A stretch of DNA of 64,000 nt from a virus: positions 1 to 64,000 of the IMG/VR virus record IMGVR_UViG_3300020034_000004. One strand, given 5' to 3'. Every line of letters starts with the position of its first letter. Within the stretch, counting starts at the first letter, position 1. A program made the translations under genes and the position numbers. The notes beneath the pieces are model-generated. The model saw only the letters and a program-made list of their open reading frames with translations, searched no databases and was not told the origin of the DNA. Shown in pieces: positions 56,601-64,000 of this stretch.

Positions 56601-58015
56601 AGATAAACAATATACGCCACAGCGATGGTAGAGGTGAAGTCTTTACCAGAGTTATTTGTAATAATACCACCAGCATTCAGGACACCCTCAACGGCCACAG
56701 TTGTACACACCGTGTTCTCTTCAAAGCCTATATATTCCACACTTTCAATTCTATCAAAACGGTTATTTGGATACATTCCTTTAACATCAATATTTAGAAG
56801 ACGTTCAACTTTATCATTCTTGCCGGGAATATCCTTGATATTCTTTATAAGAAATTTAGCAATGGATGTGTCAGTAATACAAACCCTATAGTTTGCATTA
56901 TGTTTACCATCACTACGTTCTTGTCTATGTTTCTTAAATTTACTAATATATCCAGTTTTAAGCAATGCAAGATGTATGCCTTTAATGCATGACTCGGAAG
57001 TCATTTCAATACCAATTTGAGCTTGAGTTAATTTTGTTGTGCCATTTCCTATTTTCTTACCCGGAGCAGTGAATGAAATCCAGCCATCAGTAGCAATAAC
57101 ACCTTTAATTAATTCATGCATATTATCGTTAGTCATAGATAGCCATTGGTCATTCCATTGCTTTTGAATATTATATTCTTGAATTAAACCATGCTTTATA
57201 AACCATGACATCATGGCATTGATTCTGATTTGCCAGCATCCTTTACCAGAGGTTAGATACGCAACATTACCTCCCAATGATTCTACAATTCTGACTATAT
57301 CAGATTGCACTTCAGGAGTATTATTTGTAAACATTGGATTTTTATACCCTGATTTTCCCCTTTTAGCCCAGCTACCGTCTCCAATCATATATCCAATTAA
57401 TCGTGCCTCATCAGAAGTTATCTCGTATGGAGTTTCTTGCTCACTCCAACCGACCTTAAGTTCAATCAAGTCTCCCTTTTCTAATTGAGTAGCAGCAACA
57501 TCTTGTGACTGCTTCTTAAGAGAATATGCCTTAGTGTGTTTTGTATTTTTCCATGTCGGAGTTTTATGATTTGGCCCACAATCAAAAGAATATCCATGTT
57601 TTGTTGTAACTCGATAAATCTCATCTGCCCCTTCATCAAAAAAGGGATAGGCAGGCTGGACCTCATCACGAGAGTCACACATCCAACCATCTTTACCCAA
57701 AGCATAAGAATCTACATAACCCTTATCAACTGAGTAGAATTTTTGTTTTGGAGAAAAATTTCCCTTGCCTAACTGCATAACAACTTCGTTGCATGTTTGC
57801 TTAAATCGCTTATGACCTTCCTCTTCACCATACAGAGATACCAAGGTGTCTTCTCTATAGATTTGAGACATAGCCTTTACCAGAGAGTACTGATGCTTAG
57901 ATAGTCTTCTAATATTAAGGAATCTATCAGAGGTTACAAATTCTTCAATATCTACCGGCACCTCATCCCATTCATCCTCTGACAAAGCATTAAAAAAGTC
58001 TAGAAACTCAGTCAT
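53609..58015 (-). CDS. terL: Terminase large subunit with three inteins
   Basis: Walker A LGKG|SGKD, Walker B VILDE, HVDLA nuclease Asp, KDLSDA; spliced product about 606 aa. Confidence 0.93.
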   Translation of the reverse strand: MTEFLDFFNALSEDEWDEVPVDIEEFVTSDRFLNIRRLSKHQYSLVKAMSQIYREDTLVSLYGEEEGHKRFKQTCNEVVMQLGKGNFSPKQKFYSVDKGYVDSYALGKDGWMCDSRDEVQPAYPFFDEGADEIYRVTTKHGYSFDCGPNHKTPTWKNTKHTKAYSLKKQSQDVAATQLEKGDLIELKVGWSEQETPYEITSDEARLIGYMIGDGSWAKRGKSGYKNPMFTNNTPEVQSDIVRIVESLGGNVAYLTSGKGCWQIRINAMMSWFIKHGLIQEYNIQKQWNDQWLSMTNDNMHELIKGVIATDGWISFTAPGKKIGNGTTKLTQAQIGIEMTSESCIKGIHLALLKTGYISKFKKHRQERSDGKHNANYRVCITDTSIAKFLIKNIKDIPGKNDKVERLLNIDVKGMYPNNRFDRIESVEYIGFEENTVCTTVAVEGVLNAGGIITNNSGKDFTSTIAVAYIVYLLLCLKDPARYYGNETGDTIDILNIAINADQAFRVFFKNFKTKIENCPWFAGKYDPKANYIEFDKNVTVYSGHSEREAFEGYNTLVVILDEISGFAMPSEGMTDDEEAMKKTAPGIYKMYRGSITSRFPDFGKLVLLSFPRYKDDFIQQRYNAQIAEKEVITRTERLYLDPDLGEIEGNYVDVSWEEDHILRYSHRKTFALRRPSWEVNPNRKIQDYTRDFADDPGDALGRFACMPSNLSDGFFKNKQAIEDAFILQNGVDEDGIFLDKFQPKEGVRYFIHVDLAQKHDHCAVAIAHVEKWVEISIGSDFYKEIHPFVVVDAVRWWTPTKSKSVDFADVRDYIIALRRRGFDIKLTTFDRWNCVKGNAIVSTPSGPVRMRDIQVGDEVSTRHGIAKVEAKIDSGIQEVFRVTTRLGYEFEATVNHRVLTKRGWVTMGELTIEDEMLLDNTHEWSGVDTITESQAYALGGLIADGWINDRKNQQINFTTADEQFRIRMHDAMVDGWGFKNTVQRKIQDKTVGSKVDTYSYTYWDKDMIERMRIAGLTPAKSANKTVPHSVLNGSASIRAAFMAGYIDGDGGIQTYIDKSGQTRYRLTVDTISEELVKELVWISLSLELEPTRLRQKRHSPEREVHRLTFEGKKAERVLAIIKPSIDRKNTLSLVESREYKERWVFDNGQMWVKIKNIQSIGNEQTFDISVPEYEEFIADGFVTHNSHDTMNILENEHGIKTDVLSVALKHYDDFLSVMYDHRLAGPKVQLLVDELGQLKLVKKKVDHPRKGCFVGETRIPLLDGTRPMISELAGSEVWVYSSTPDGRIVPGRARGRLSKYTNEFVDVILDNGSVTRCTPDHRWMLRNGEYKDAKDLRPGIDRLMPINSQAGDNHKIRTVVPVHLAIDVPVYDLEVEEYENFAISGGVFVHNSKDLSDAVCGAIFNAVSLTPKPVNMEVEVLTYADLRRKMRQEEAEKVEQQRPGKVITPPKRKMPSELADYLQRATII
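53843..54262 (-). mobile_element. Mini-intein (140 aa, no endonuclease)
   Basis: CFVGET...CTPDH...VYDLEV...FVHN|S. Confidence 0.92.
54461..55516 (-). mobile_element. Intein with LAGLIDADG endonuclease (352 aa)
   Basis: CVKGNA...ATVNH...LGGLIADG...AGYIDGDG...VTHN|S. Confidence 0.93.
56651..57760 (-). mobile_element. Atypical intein with LAGLIDADG endonuclease (370 aa) in Walker A
   Basis: Starts NFSPKQ, GPNH, IGYMIGDG, GVIATDG, TVCTTV, ITNN|S. Confidence 0.87.
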
Positions 58016-58559
58016 TGTATACAACTACCGCTTCAACCGTTTCGGTTACCTTGCTTAACTTATGACCAACGTTTTTCCTGCAATCAGGACATAGGTCGTT
58101 TCTTAAAATCTCAATCAAAATGTGCTGCTTTTCTTCCATTTCAGCAACCTGGTCACCCATATCGGCGGCGTCTAGAAGACCAGCTTTTTGCAAAGCATCC
58201 AAACGGTTCTTCTCTAACTCAGCAACTAGCTTAATTGCATTAAGCTTTTGTTGTACCTTTTGAGAAGTAGTTCCGTTAGCAGTTAAATCATTTTCAATTT
58301 GTTCCAATGTCTCATATGACTTTTTAATCAAATCATCATAATGAATGTCCATGTTGTTGAGTGCTTCTAATGCTCTATCAGTACCGACTTTCGAGACGGT
58401 TACTGTTTGATTGAACTCTTCTAGTAATTCAACGACTCTTTTTCTCTGAATACCTGTCGCCTTGGCGATGACAGTTGGTGTATTGCCTTGCATACGCAGA
58501 GTAGCCACACGTTCCATATCCTGGAAGTGTGGCGCGTCTGCTAATACTAAATCGGTCAT
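58008..58559 (-). CDS. HTH protein upstream of terL (probable terminase small subunit)
   Basis: N-terminal HTH, coiled coil, position. Confidence 0.6.
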   Translation of the reverse strand: MTDLVLADAPHFQDMERVATLRMQGNTPTVIAKATGIQRKRVVELLEEFNQTVTVSKVGTDRALEALNNMDIHYDDLIKKSYETLEQIENDLTANGTTSQKVQQKLNAIKLVAELEKNRLDALQKAGLLDAADMGDQVAEMEEKQHILIEILRNDLCPDCRKNVGHKLSKVTETVEAVVVYND

Positions 58560-58729
58560 AGAGAATGCCCTCCGTTGCGGGTGGGACTCCAAACAAGACC
58601 TCTAAAGTTTAGTTCTCTAGTAAGCTTGTTTCCACATTTTGTGCAGTTCTGATTGTCACGGTCGTCAATTGGGACGTTGTGTTCGAACTGTACTTCACAT
58701 TCTCTACAGTCATAATCATAGTTTGGCAT
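58556..58729 (-). CDS. FmdB-like zinc-ribbon protein (57 aa)
   Basis: MPNYDYDCRECEVQFE...CTKCG. Confidence 0.8.
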   Translation of the reverse strand: MPNYDYDCRECEVQFEHNVPIDDRDNQNCTKCGNKLTRELNFRGLVWSPTRNGGHSL

Positions 58730-58752
58730 AATTCAGTATACCACGTTTTCAA

Positions 58753-59301
58753 TCATTTAGGCATAGCGAGTACTCTGCGTGAGAATTCGCCAATGCTTCT
58801 TACTCTGCGTTCAACTTTAACGCCTTCATTCCATGGTCTGGTAATCAGAAATGCTTTTGTACCAACTGCGTTTAGTGCTTCATAGTTCTTAAGGTTATCT
58901 TCTACGAAGACATCTGTCTTGACGACAGTCTTATCTTCTGAGAATGTTAGAGAATGATATCTATACCCTCGCGTGTCCAGCCACTTCTCGGTAAGCTGTT
59001 CAGCTAGTCCTGGTCGGTCGGCAAATCCTCTATGCGTGATAATGTGAATTTCGTGACCAGCATCATGTAGATTGTTCAATGCTTCTACCGCGCCGACGAA
59101 CGGAGCATTATTGAAAATGACACCTGCCTCGACACCTTCTTTCCAAAACTCCATCCACTTCTCATCTGACCATCCCCAGTCTCGCCAGAAGTTGTAATTG
59201 TAGATGTCGCATTTTAAGTCATGGCCTTTGAGCCTAAGATACATATTAACTCCAACCTGAAACATCAAATTGCAACCATCTAGGTCGACACCTATACGCA
59301 T
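58753..59301 (-). CDS. HAD 5'(3')-nucleotidase-like
   Basis: GVDLDG, ITHR, VEDN, PWN. Confidence 0.85.
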   Translation of the reverse strand: MRIGVDLDGCNLMFQVGVNMYLRLKGHDLKCDIYNYNFWRDWGWSDEKWMEFWKEGVEAGVIFNNAPFVGAVEALNNLHDAGHEIHIITHRGFADRPGLAEQLTEKWLDTRGYRYHSLTFSEDKTVVKTDVFVEDNLKNYEALNAVGTKAFLITRPWNEGVKVERRVRSIGEFSRRVLAMPK

Positions 59302-59858
59302 TACTTAATCCTTTCTAGACCGAGACCTTCGAACCATGAGATTAAAACTGCGCGAAGATAATCCAAATCTCTGTGATTATCAATATATTCATCAAATTTC
59401 CAGGCATCCAGCGCGGTCTCTGAAATGTGATTATTGATTGGAACAACGCCTGGACGCTCAACTCGATATATCATACCTTCACGTAACTTAATAGCAAATG
59501 CTTCATTTGGGAATCTAACGTCTGTAACTACGACATTCGGACCGGTAAAGTTGAGGGTCGAATCTACCCAAATATTCTCACCTAAGATTTCTCTACCTAC
59601 TTCAGTACCCAGATTTTGCAGTAGTCTTCGAATCTCATCCTTGTATATTGTTTCTTTATATCCATCCCATCCAAATGTATCAATAACTTCTTGAAGATAT
59701 TGAGTGGTATTATATTTATCTACAATTGGATTCAAGGCATAAAGACATTCACGAAGCTTATCTGCAAATGCCACCTCCTCAAATCCAAATTCTTCAATCA
59801 AAATCTTAGCTACTTCATTCTTTCCTGCGCGAGCGTAACCACTAAGTCCTATTAGCAT
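59301..59858 (-). CDS. Deoxynucleoside monophosphate kinase
   Basis: GLSGYARAGK, FAD.L, R.LLQ.LGTE, TDVRF.NE, H.SE. Confidence 0.9.
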   Translation of the reverse strand: MLIGLSGYARAGKNEVAKILIEEFGFEEVAFADKLRECLYALNPIVDKYNTTQYLQEVIDTFGWDGYKETIYKDEIRRLLQNLGTEVGREILGENIWVDSTLNFTGPNVVVTDVRFPNEAFAIKLREGMIYRVERPGVVPINNHISETALDAWKFDEYIDNHRDLDYLRAVLISWFEGLGLERIK

Positions 59859-60526
59859 TCTAACACCCTCTGTCCTCTTTGATTGGTTCGATGTAGCCAC
59901 TCGTGTACGGCTACTGTTTCTTCTGGATATTCCCGGTCAATATTTACTTCCGTACCAGCTTCGACATCAGACCAATGAAGCGGATTGAAAACATTTCGAT
60001 GGAATGTCTGTACTGGTCCGTATTCACGAATTGCATGCTCTAACAACTGTACACCAGTTGTTGCGTTCATGAAAGCCCCCGGCATCTCAAAGTAACGTTT
60101 TGGTAACAACTCAATTACTTTCTTGAAAAACGGATGCCCTGGTGGCGAATACATTGTCATATTAACTGGATGGATATCGTCTTCCATTGCCAAAGCGGGC
60201 TGGTCTTTATCAAATTCCAATGTGTCCAAGGACTTCAATGGCTTCATATCTGTATTGAAGTAAAACCCACCATTGTTGTAAAGTAATTCATAATCTACTA
60301 CATCTGCGACATGAGTATAAAATGCAACCATATCTGCATTTGGAAGGCGGGACTGCTTGTACATCTCATCTAATACCGCCTGGTTCTCCCAGCGAGTGTC
60401 ATAAATTTCATCTTCCAGCCAATCGTATAGCTCGTAACCAGGATTTAATTCTTCCCACTGCTTACCATATTCAATATACCTCTCAGGCATCTTGCTGCCT
60501 AACCAAATTCTATGAATTATTGTCAT
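59852..60526 (-). CDS. Glycosyltransferase family 32-like
   Basis: IHRIWLG, AD...YE.LY..GG.Y..TD, TG..L. Confidence 0.85.
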   Translation of the reverse strand: MTIIHRIWLGSKMPERYIEYGKQWEELNPGYELYDWLEDEIYDTRWENQAVLDEMYKQSRLPNADMVAFYTHVADVVDYELLYNNGGFYFNTDMKPLKSLDTLEFDKDQPALAMEDDIHPVNMTMYSPPGHPFFKKVIELLPKRYFEMPGAFMNATTGVQLLEHAIREYGPVQTFHRNVFNPLHWSDVEAGTEVNIDREYPEETVAVHEWLHRTNQRGQRVLEC

Positions 60527-61358
60527 TTGCTAACTCCCTGTATTTATCCAATATATTTGTTTCACTTAACAGATAATCCCTCTGATGATAAAATGAAAAA
60601 TGACTGATTAAGCTATTCGGAACAATTATATTTGGCCTTTGCAGTTCGTAGGGCTTATTAATTGTGTGCCAACCTTCTTCTTCTCCACCCAGTTGCCCCT
60701 CGACCTTCTTATACTCGCTACCAAACTGAGCAAAGCAAGACACGCTGAATTGCTGACCAACAGCTAATTGAATGCTATGGTGCATGAATAATTTATCAAC
60801 TTGTTCAGTTTTAATCATCTTTAATAAATGATTATGAATATTCTCAGCAAAATGAGCATCCGCCCAACCTACCGGGTCCATACAATGATTACCAACGAAG
60901 CCCCACCAAGATGGCATCTGTTGCCCCTGTTGTAGATAATATGAACATACTGCATTATTCCAAATAATTGGAAATACAACAAATGGAAAAGGATTGTCTA
61001 TTCTCTGCTCTACTAATCTTTGAATGGCATTCTTTTCAATCCAAACAATATCGTCATCCATTCTTACATAGATAGTGTCTGATTCTTGAGTATACTGATA
61101 AAAACGACCGGTATTCATTTGTTTAGGAAACAATACTTCTCCTACCGGCCTTTCGAACGTTTTAATCCAGTCATGCTTTTTCTCTAGGTCATATCCATAT
61201 TGCCTATCTGATTCTTGATTTGAGTCTGTATTTATCCATAGGTGCCATTCATCTATAACACCAGCAATCTTATCGCGAGCCAGATATTTATAAAGAATGC
61301 TTGCAGTTAATTCTCTGCCCCATGGTGTGAAGACTACTACTTTTTTGTTTCTAATCAC
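60510..61358 (-). CDS. GT-A-fold glycosyltransferase-like
   Basis: TPWGR, YVRMDDDIV DxD motif. Confidence 0.7.
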   Translation of the reverse strand: MIRNKKVVVFTPWGRELTASILYKYLARDKIAGVIDEWHLWINTDSNQESDRQYGYDLEKKHDWIKTFERPVGEVLFPKQMNTGRFYQYTQESDTIYVRMDDDIVWIEKNAIQRLVEQRIDNPFPFVVFPIIWNNAVCSYYLQQGQQMPSWWGFVGNHCMDPVGWADAHFAENIHNHLLKMIKTEQVDKLFMHHSIQLAVGQQFSVSCFAQFGSEYKKVEGQLGGEEEGWHTINKPYELQRPNIIVPNSLISHFSFYHQRDYLLSETNILDKYRELANDNNS

Positions 61359-62254
61359 AAGAATTTCCTGTAGTATTCAATGGTCTTTTTCATTCCATCC
61401 TCCAGAGATACGAATGATTCTTTGGAAATACCAAGTGACTTAAGGGCGCTCGGGTCAGCAAGAACCACTCCATGCTCTTCCTCTCCGGGACGCATTGGCC
61501 AATGCTCCAAAACAGAGCTAGAGTTGGCAACCCTAATTACAGTTTTAGCAACTTCATTGACAGTGATTGGTTCGCCATACCCAACCTCGAATGCATTTTC
61601 ATAAACCTTGCCTTGGTCAGCATGTTTCATGGCGGCAACCAACACGCGAGCAACATCCTCAACATAAATCATATCAGAAACCTGCGTTCCATCACCATAA
61701 ATTCCAATGGGCAAATTTCTGATTGCAGCATTGACAAACGCTGGCGCAATCTTTTTGACCTTTGATGGACCATATGGTGGATAAGACACTTGGCGAGGTC
61801 CAAAACAGTTGGTAGGCCGGACCACATTAATCTTGGTGCCTGACTCCTTATTGAACATCTTTACGAACCGCTCCATTGTGGACTTTGTAATGGAATATGT
61901 ATTATTCATCCAATGATTTCCCACAGCAATATTAACGCCAGGAACGTTGTACTGTGCAGCAGCCTTGAATACATTCAGCCCACCAAGAATGTTAGTGTGC
62001 GCTGCTGGATTGGGATTTTTTATAGTCTCTTGCGTCCCCAATACACCTGCCAAATGAATAAAATTATCGGCGTGAGCGAATGCTTCTGTAACCCTAACAT
62101 CATCTACAATATCTCCAAGAAAGAATTCTGCTCCATCAGGACGAACTCCCTTATCATAGGAATCAAAAACAATCGGTGTGTATCCCTGCTTAATTAATTC
62201 CTCAACGACATATTGACCAATGAATCCTTGGCCTCCAGTTACTAAAACCTTCAT
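61355..62254 (-). CDS. NAD-dependent epimerase/dehydratase
   Basis: VTGGQGFIG, HLA, YSITK, N.FGP. Confidence 0.92.
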   Translation of the reverse strand: MKVLVTGGQGFIGQYVVEELIKQGYTPIVFDSYDKGVRPDGAEFFLGDIVDDVRVTEAFAHADNFIHLAGVLGTQETIKNPNPAAHTNILGGLNVFKAAAQYNVPGVNIAVGNHWMNNTYSITKSTMERFVKMFNKESGTKINVVRPTNCFGPRQVSYPPYGPSKVKKIAPAFVNAAIRNLPIGIYGDGTQVSDMIYVEDVARVLVAAMKHADQGKVYENAFEVGYGEPITVNEVAKTVIRVANSSSVLEHWPMRPGEEEHGVVLADPSALKSLGISKESFVSLEDGMKKTIEYYRKFL

Positions 62255-62961
62255 AAACTTATTTTCTCCGTATTGTGTATTTGGGTCTTCGGCCAGTCGT
62301 AGTCTACGAAAACCTTATCTGGCTTAGGAGCATATCCGTTTAATGCTCCCTTATGCGCCTCTTGATAAATAAAACAATCTACTGGATTACGTAATCCATG
62401 CTTCTTGGCTAATTGGACTAGCTTCGTACCGCCCGCTGGACTATACATCATTGCAACCATGCCATATCCCTGATAAACTTTAGCGAGGTCATCAATATTA
62501 CAATCAAAGTAACTCGGAAACCCATCGGGACGAGTGCCGTAAATCTCTGGGTCACCATAACTGTTATAGCTCAGATTATATCTATAGTCGATACGCTGAT
62601 TGTCTGGTACCCAAAGAGCTATAAAATCCCAGTCGACTGGAAGCTGCGGTATTATGGTATTCATATGCACACTAAATTGTTCATCAATGATTGCGTCATC
62701 TTCAAATACTACCAATGGTTCATTCATTTGAGATACTTTTTCCCAATTTAGAAAGTTGGACATCCATACCCCGATTTCTCCCAGTTGTAACCGGTCCGGA
62801 GATGTGATTGCTAATCCTAACTCGGCAAGTATCTGTCTGATATCTTTGCAGTGTGCACCATCAACAGACACAACAAATTGCTCATCTAGGCCGACATGAT
62901 TTCTGATGTTCTGTTTGTATGACATTCTTTTGTCACTAATACTGATAATATTATATTTCAT
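62251..62961 (-). CDS. Glycosyltransferase family 25-like
   Basis: VDG, GEIG..MS...W, VFEDD, PVD. Confidence 0.82.
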   Translation of the reverse strand: MKYNIISISDKRMSYKQNIRNHVGLDEQFVVSVDGAHCKDIRQILAELGLAITSPDRLQLGEIGVWMSNFLNWEKVSQMNEPLVVFEDDAIIDEQFSVHMNTIIPQLPVDWDFIALWVPDNQRIDYRYNLSYNSYGDPEIYGTRPDGFPSYFDCNIDDLAKVYQGYGMVAMMYSPAGGTKLVQLAKKHGLRNPVDCFIYQEAHKGALNGYAPKPDKVFVDYDWPKTQIHNTEKISL

Positions 62962-63101
62962 CGTTTTAAATTAAACTTTCTCAGCCATTTATTAATTGTA
63001 ACCTGTGTTGTACCACAAATTTCAGCGATTTTCGTTTCTGTCAATCTTTCTGTGATGTATTTACGGGTGAGCCATTTCTTAGATTTATAATAAGCGGGCA
63101 T
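62958..63101 (-). CDS. Small HTH DNA-binding protein (47 aa)
   Basis: MPAYYKSKKWL..KY....T...IAE.CG....TI.KWL.KF. Confidence 0.75.
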   Translation of the reverse strand: MPAYYKSKKWLTRKYITERLTETKIAEICGTTQVTINKWLRKFNLKR

Positions 63102-63154
63102 GAACATTTCCAATCCATTCCAAGAATTCATCCATTGTTTGGTTTGATTTTGCT

Positions 63155-63736
63155 CTATTCCTTGGTCGTGCCATATTTTTCCAATCCATAATAAGCTATA
63201 GCAATTGCATCTGAAATATTATTAGATTCAGTATTAATATCATAATTTACTTTAACCCAATTCATAGTTCTTTGCTTTCTTATTTCCCTGCTTTTGTTAG
63301 AGTACCAGGATGCCGACTTGCCTGGGAAGTCTATCTTAATTTGTTCTTTCTCTACTTTTGTGAGGGTTTTATTCGAAATAAAGTTTTGCCAAGTCACAGG
63401 CGGCACTTCTTCAACAGATTTTCCATCTTGCATAATAGACGCGATAAGGGCACCAAAAGAATATGCCAATAAGACCACAGTCTTTTTGTTTTGAACAAAT
63501 ATAGCAGATTCAAATACAATCAGGTCAAAATCAAATTTTCCTCTTAGGGCAGCAACTTCTGCTTGCCCATGAGCTAATCGCTCCCATACAGTCTTCCCAG
63601 TGAATTTAATCTCTCCCCATTCGATAGGACCATCCGCACCATACCAACAATACGCAAACGAGTTGGTTGATGCATCAACACCCAACACTGAATCAACTCT
63701 CCGTGCCTTTACTTTAGTCAATGTTCCTATTCCCAT
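63155..63736 (-). CDS. RuvC-like Holliday junction resolvase
   Basis: LGVDAS, VFE, PP..W, N.SDAIAI. Confidence 0.85.
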   Translation of the reverse strand: MGIGTLTKVKARRVDSVLGVDASTNSFAYCWYGADGPIEWGEIKFTGKTVWERLAHGQAEVAALRGKFDFDLIVFESAIFVQNKKTVVLLAYSFGALIASIMQDGKSVEEVPPVTWQNFISNKTLTKVEKEQIKIDFPGKSASWYSNKSREIRKQRTMNWVKVNYDINTESNNISDAIAIAYYGLEKYGTTKE

Positions 63737-63779
63737 ATGTATATGTTATCATAATGTAACATATTATGCACAATAAAGA

Positions 63780-64000
63780 TTATTGCCAATTAACGGCTAG
63801 CATCATGTTTATAACAGACCTATTGGTTTGAATCTGTTGCTTAGTGGCGCAGCTATTGCAATCAACACCATCGTTGTAACGAGACAATTTCGTTGTCTGG
63901 CATGTTCTGCAATATCTAGTCATTCCATTACGTTGGTCGCGTCTGGCGTAGTACTTTTCCATGATTCTTCGGTTGGTCGCGATTCGACAGCACTCAGCAG
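63780..64000 (-). CDS. Cys-rich hypothetical protein (5' end outside window)
   Basis: CRTC...LSRYN...CNSC. Confidence 0.6.
   Translation of the reverse strand, partial: AECCRIATNRRIMEKYYARRDQRNGMTRYCRTCQTTKLSRYNDGVDCNSCATKQQIQTNRSVINMMLAVNWQ

Noticed and set aside
1-64000. CRISPR array, integrase, transposase or rRNA
   Set aside because: No regularly spaced direct repeats and no such motifs seen.

Overview
This window is part of a large, fairly AT-rich lytic actinobacteriophage genome. WhiB, Lsr2-like proteins, rIIA/rIIB, sigma70/HrdB-type promoters and many leaderless genes resemble the large Streptomyces siphoviruses; the host is inferred, not shown. Almost all genes are on the minus strand. 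Layout: (i) 1-4.7 kb, GC-richer and promoter-dense small early-type genes, ending at a palindrome cluster (about 4.72-4.86 kb) that may mark a terminal-repeat or packaging boundary; (ii) 5-24 kb, accessory and metabolic genes (CCA-adding enzyme, macrodomain, phosphoesterases, thioredoxin, WhiB, ClpP-like, rIIA/B); (iii) 24-50 kb, an RNA island with about 36 tRNA genes (every amino acid except Ala found), a tmRNA, three Y RNAs, a Ro60/TROVE gene split into two ORFs with duplicated leaders, HNH endonucleases and many structured spacers; (iv) 50-64 kb, RNA ligase, a GGQ peptidyl-tRNA hydrolase, a terminase large subunit with three inteins, nucleotide enzymes, a glycosyltransferase cluster and RuvC. 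The most unusual signals are the split Ro60 with modular Y RNAs and a set of re-architected tRNA-like RNAs. These include Arg tRNAs with a D-arm-like hairpin moved to the variable position, an 89-nt variable arm, permuted and mini elbow mimics, and long-arm U34 Gln/Glu/Lys tRNAs. Also notable are an Asn-starting class-3-like intein and a strongly over-represented TACCG(G/C)C motif. All calls were made by eye; no database searches were run.
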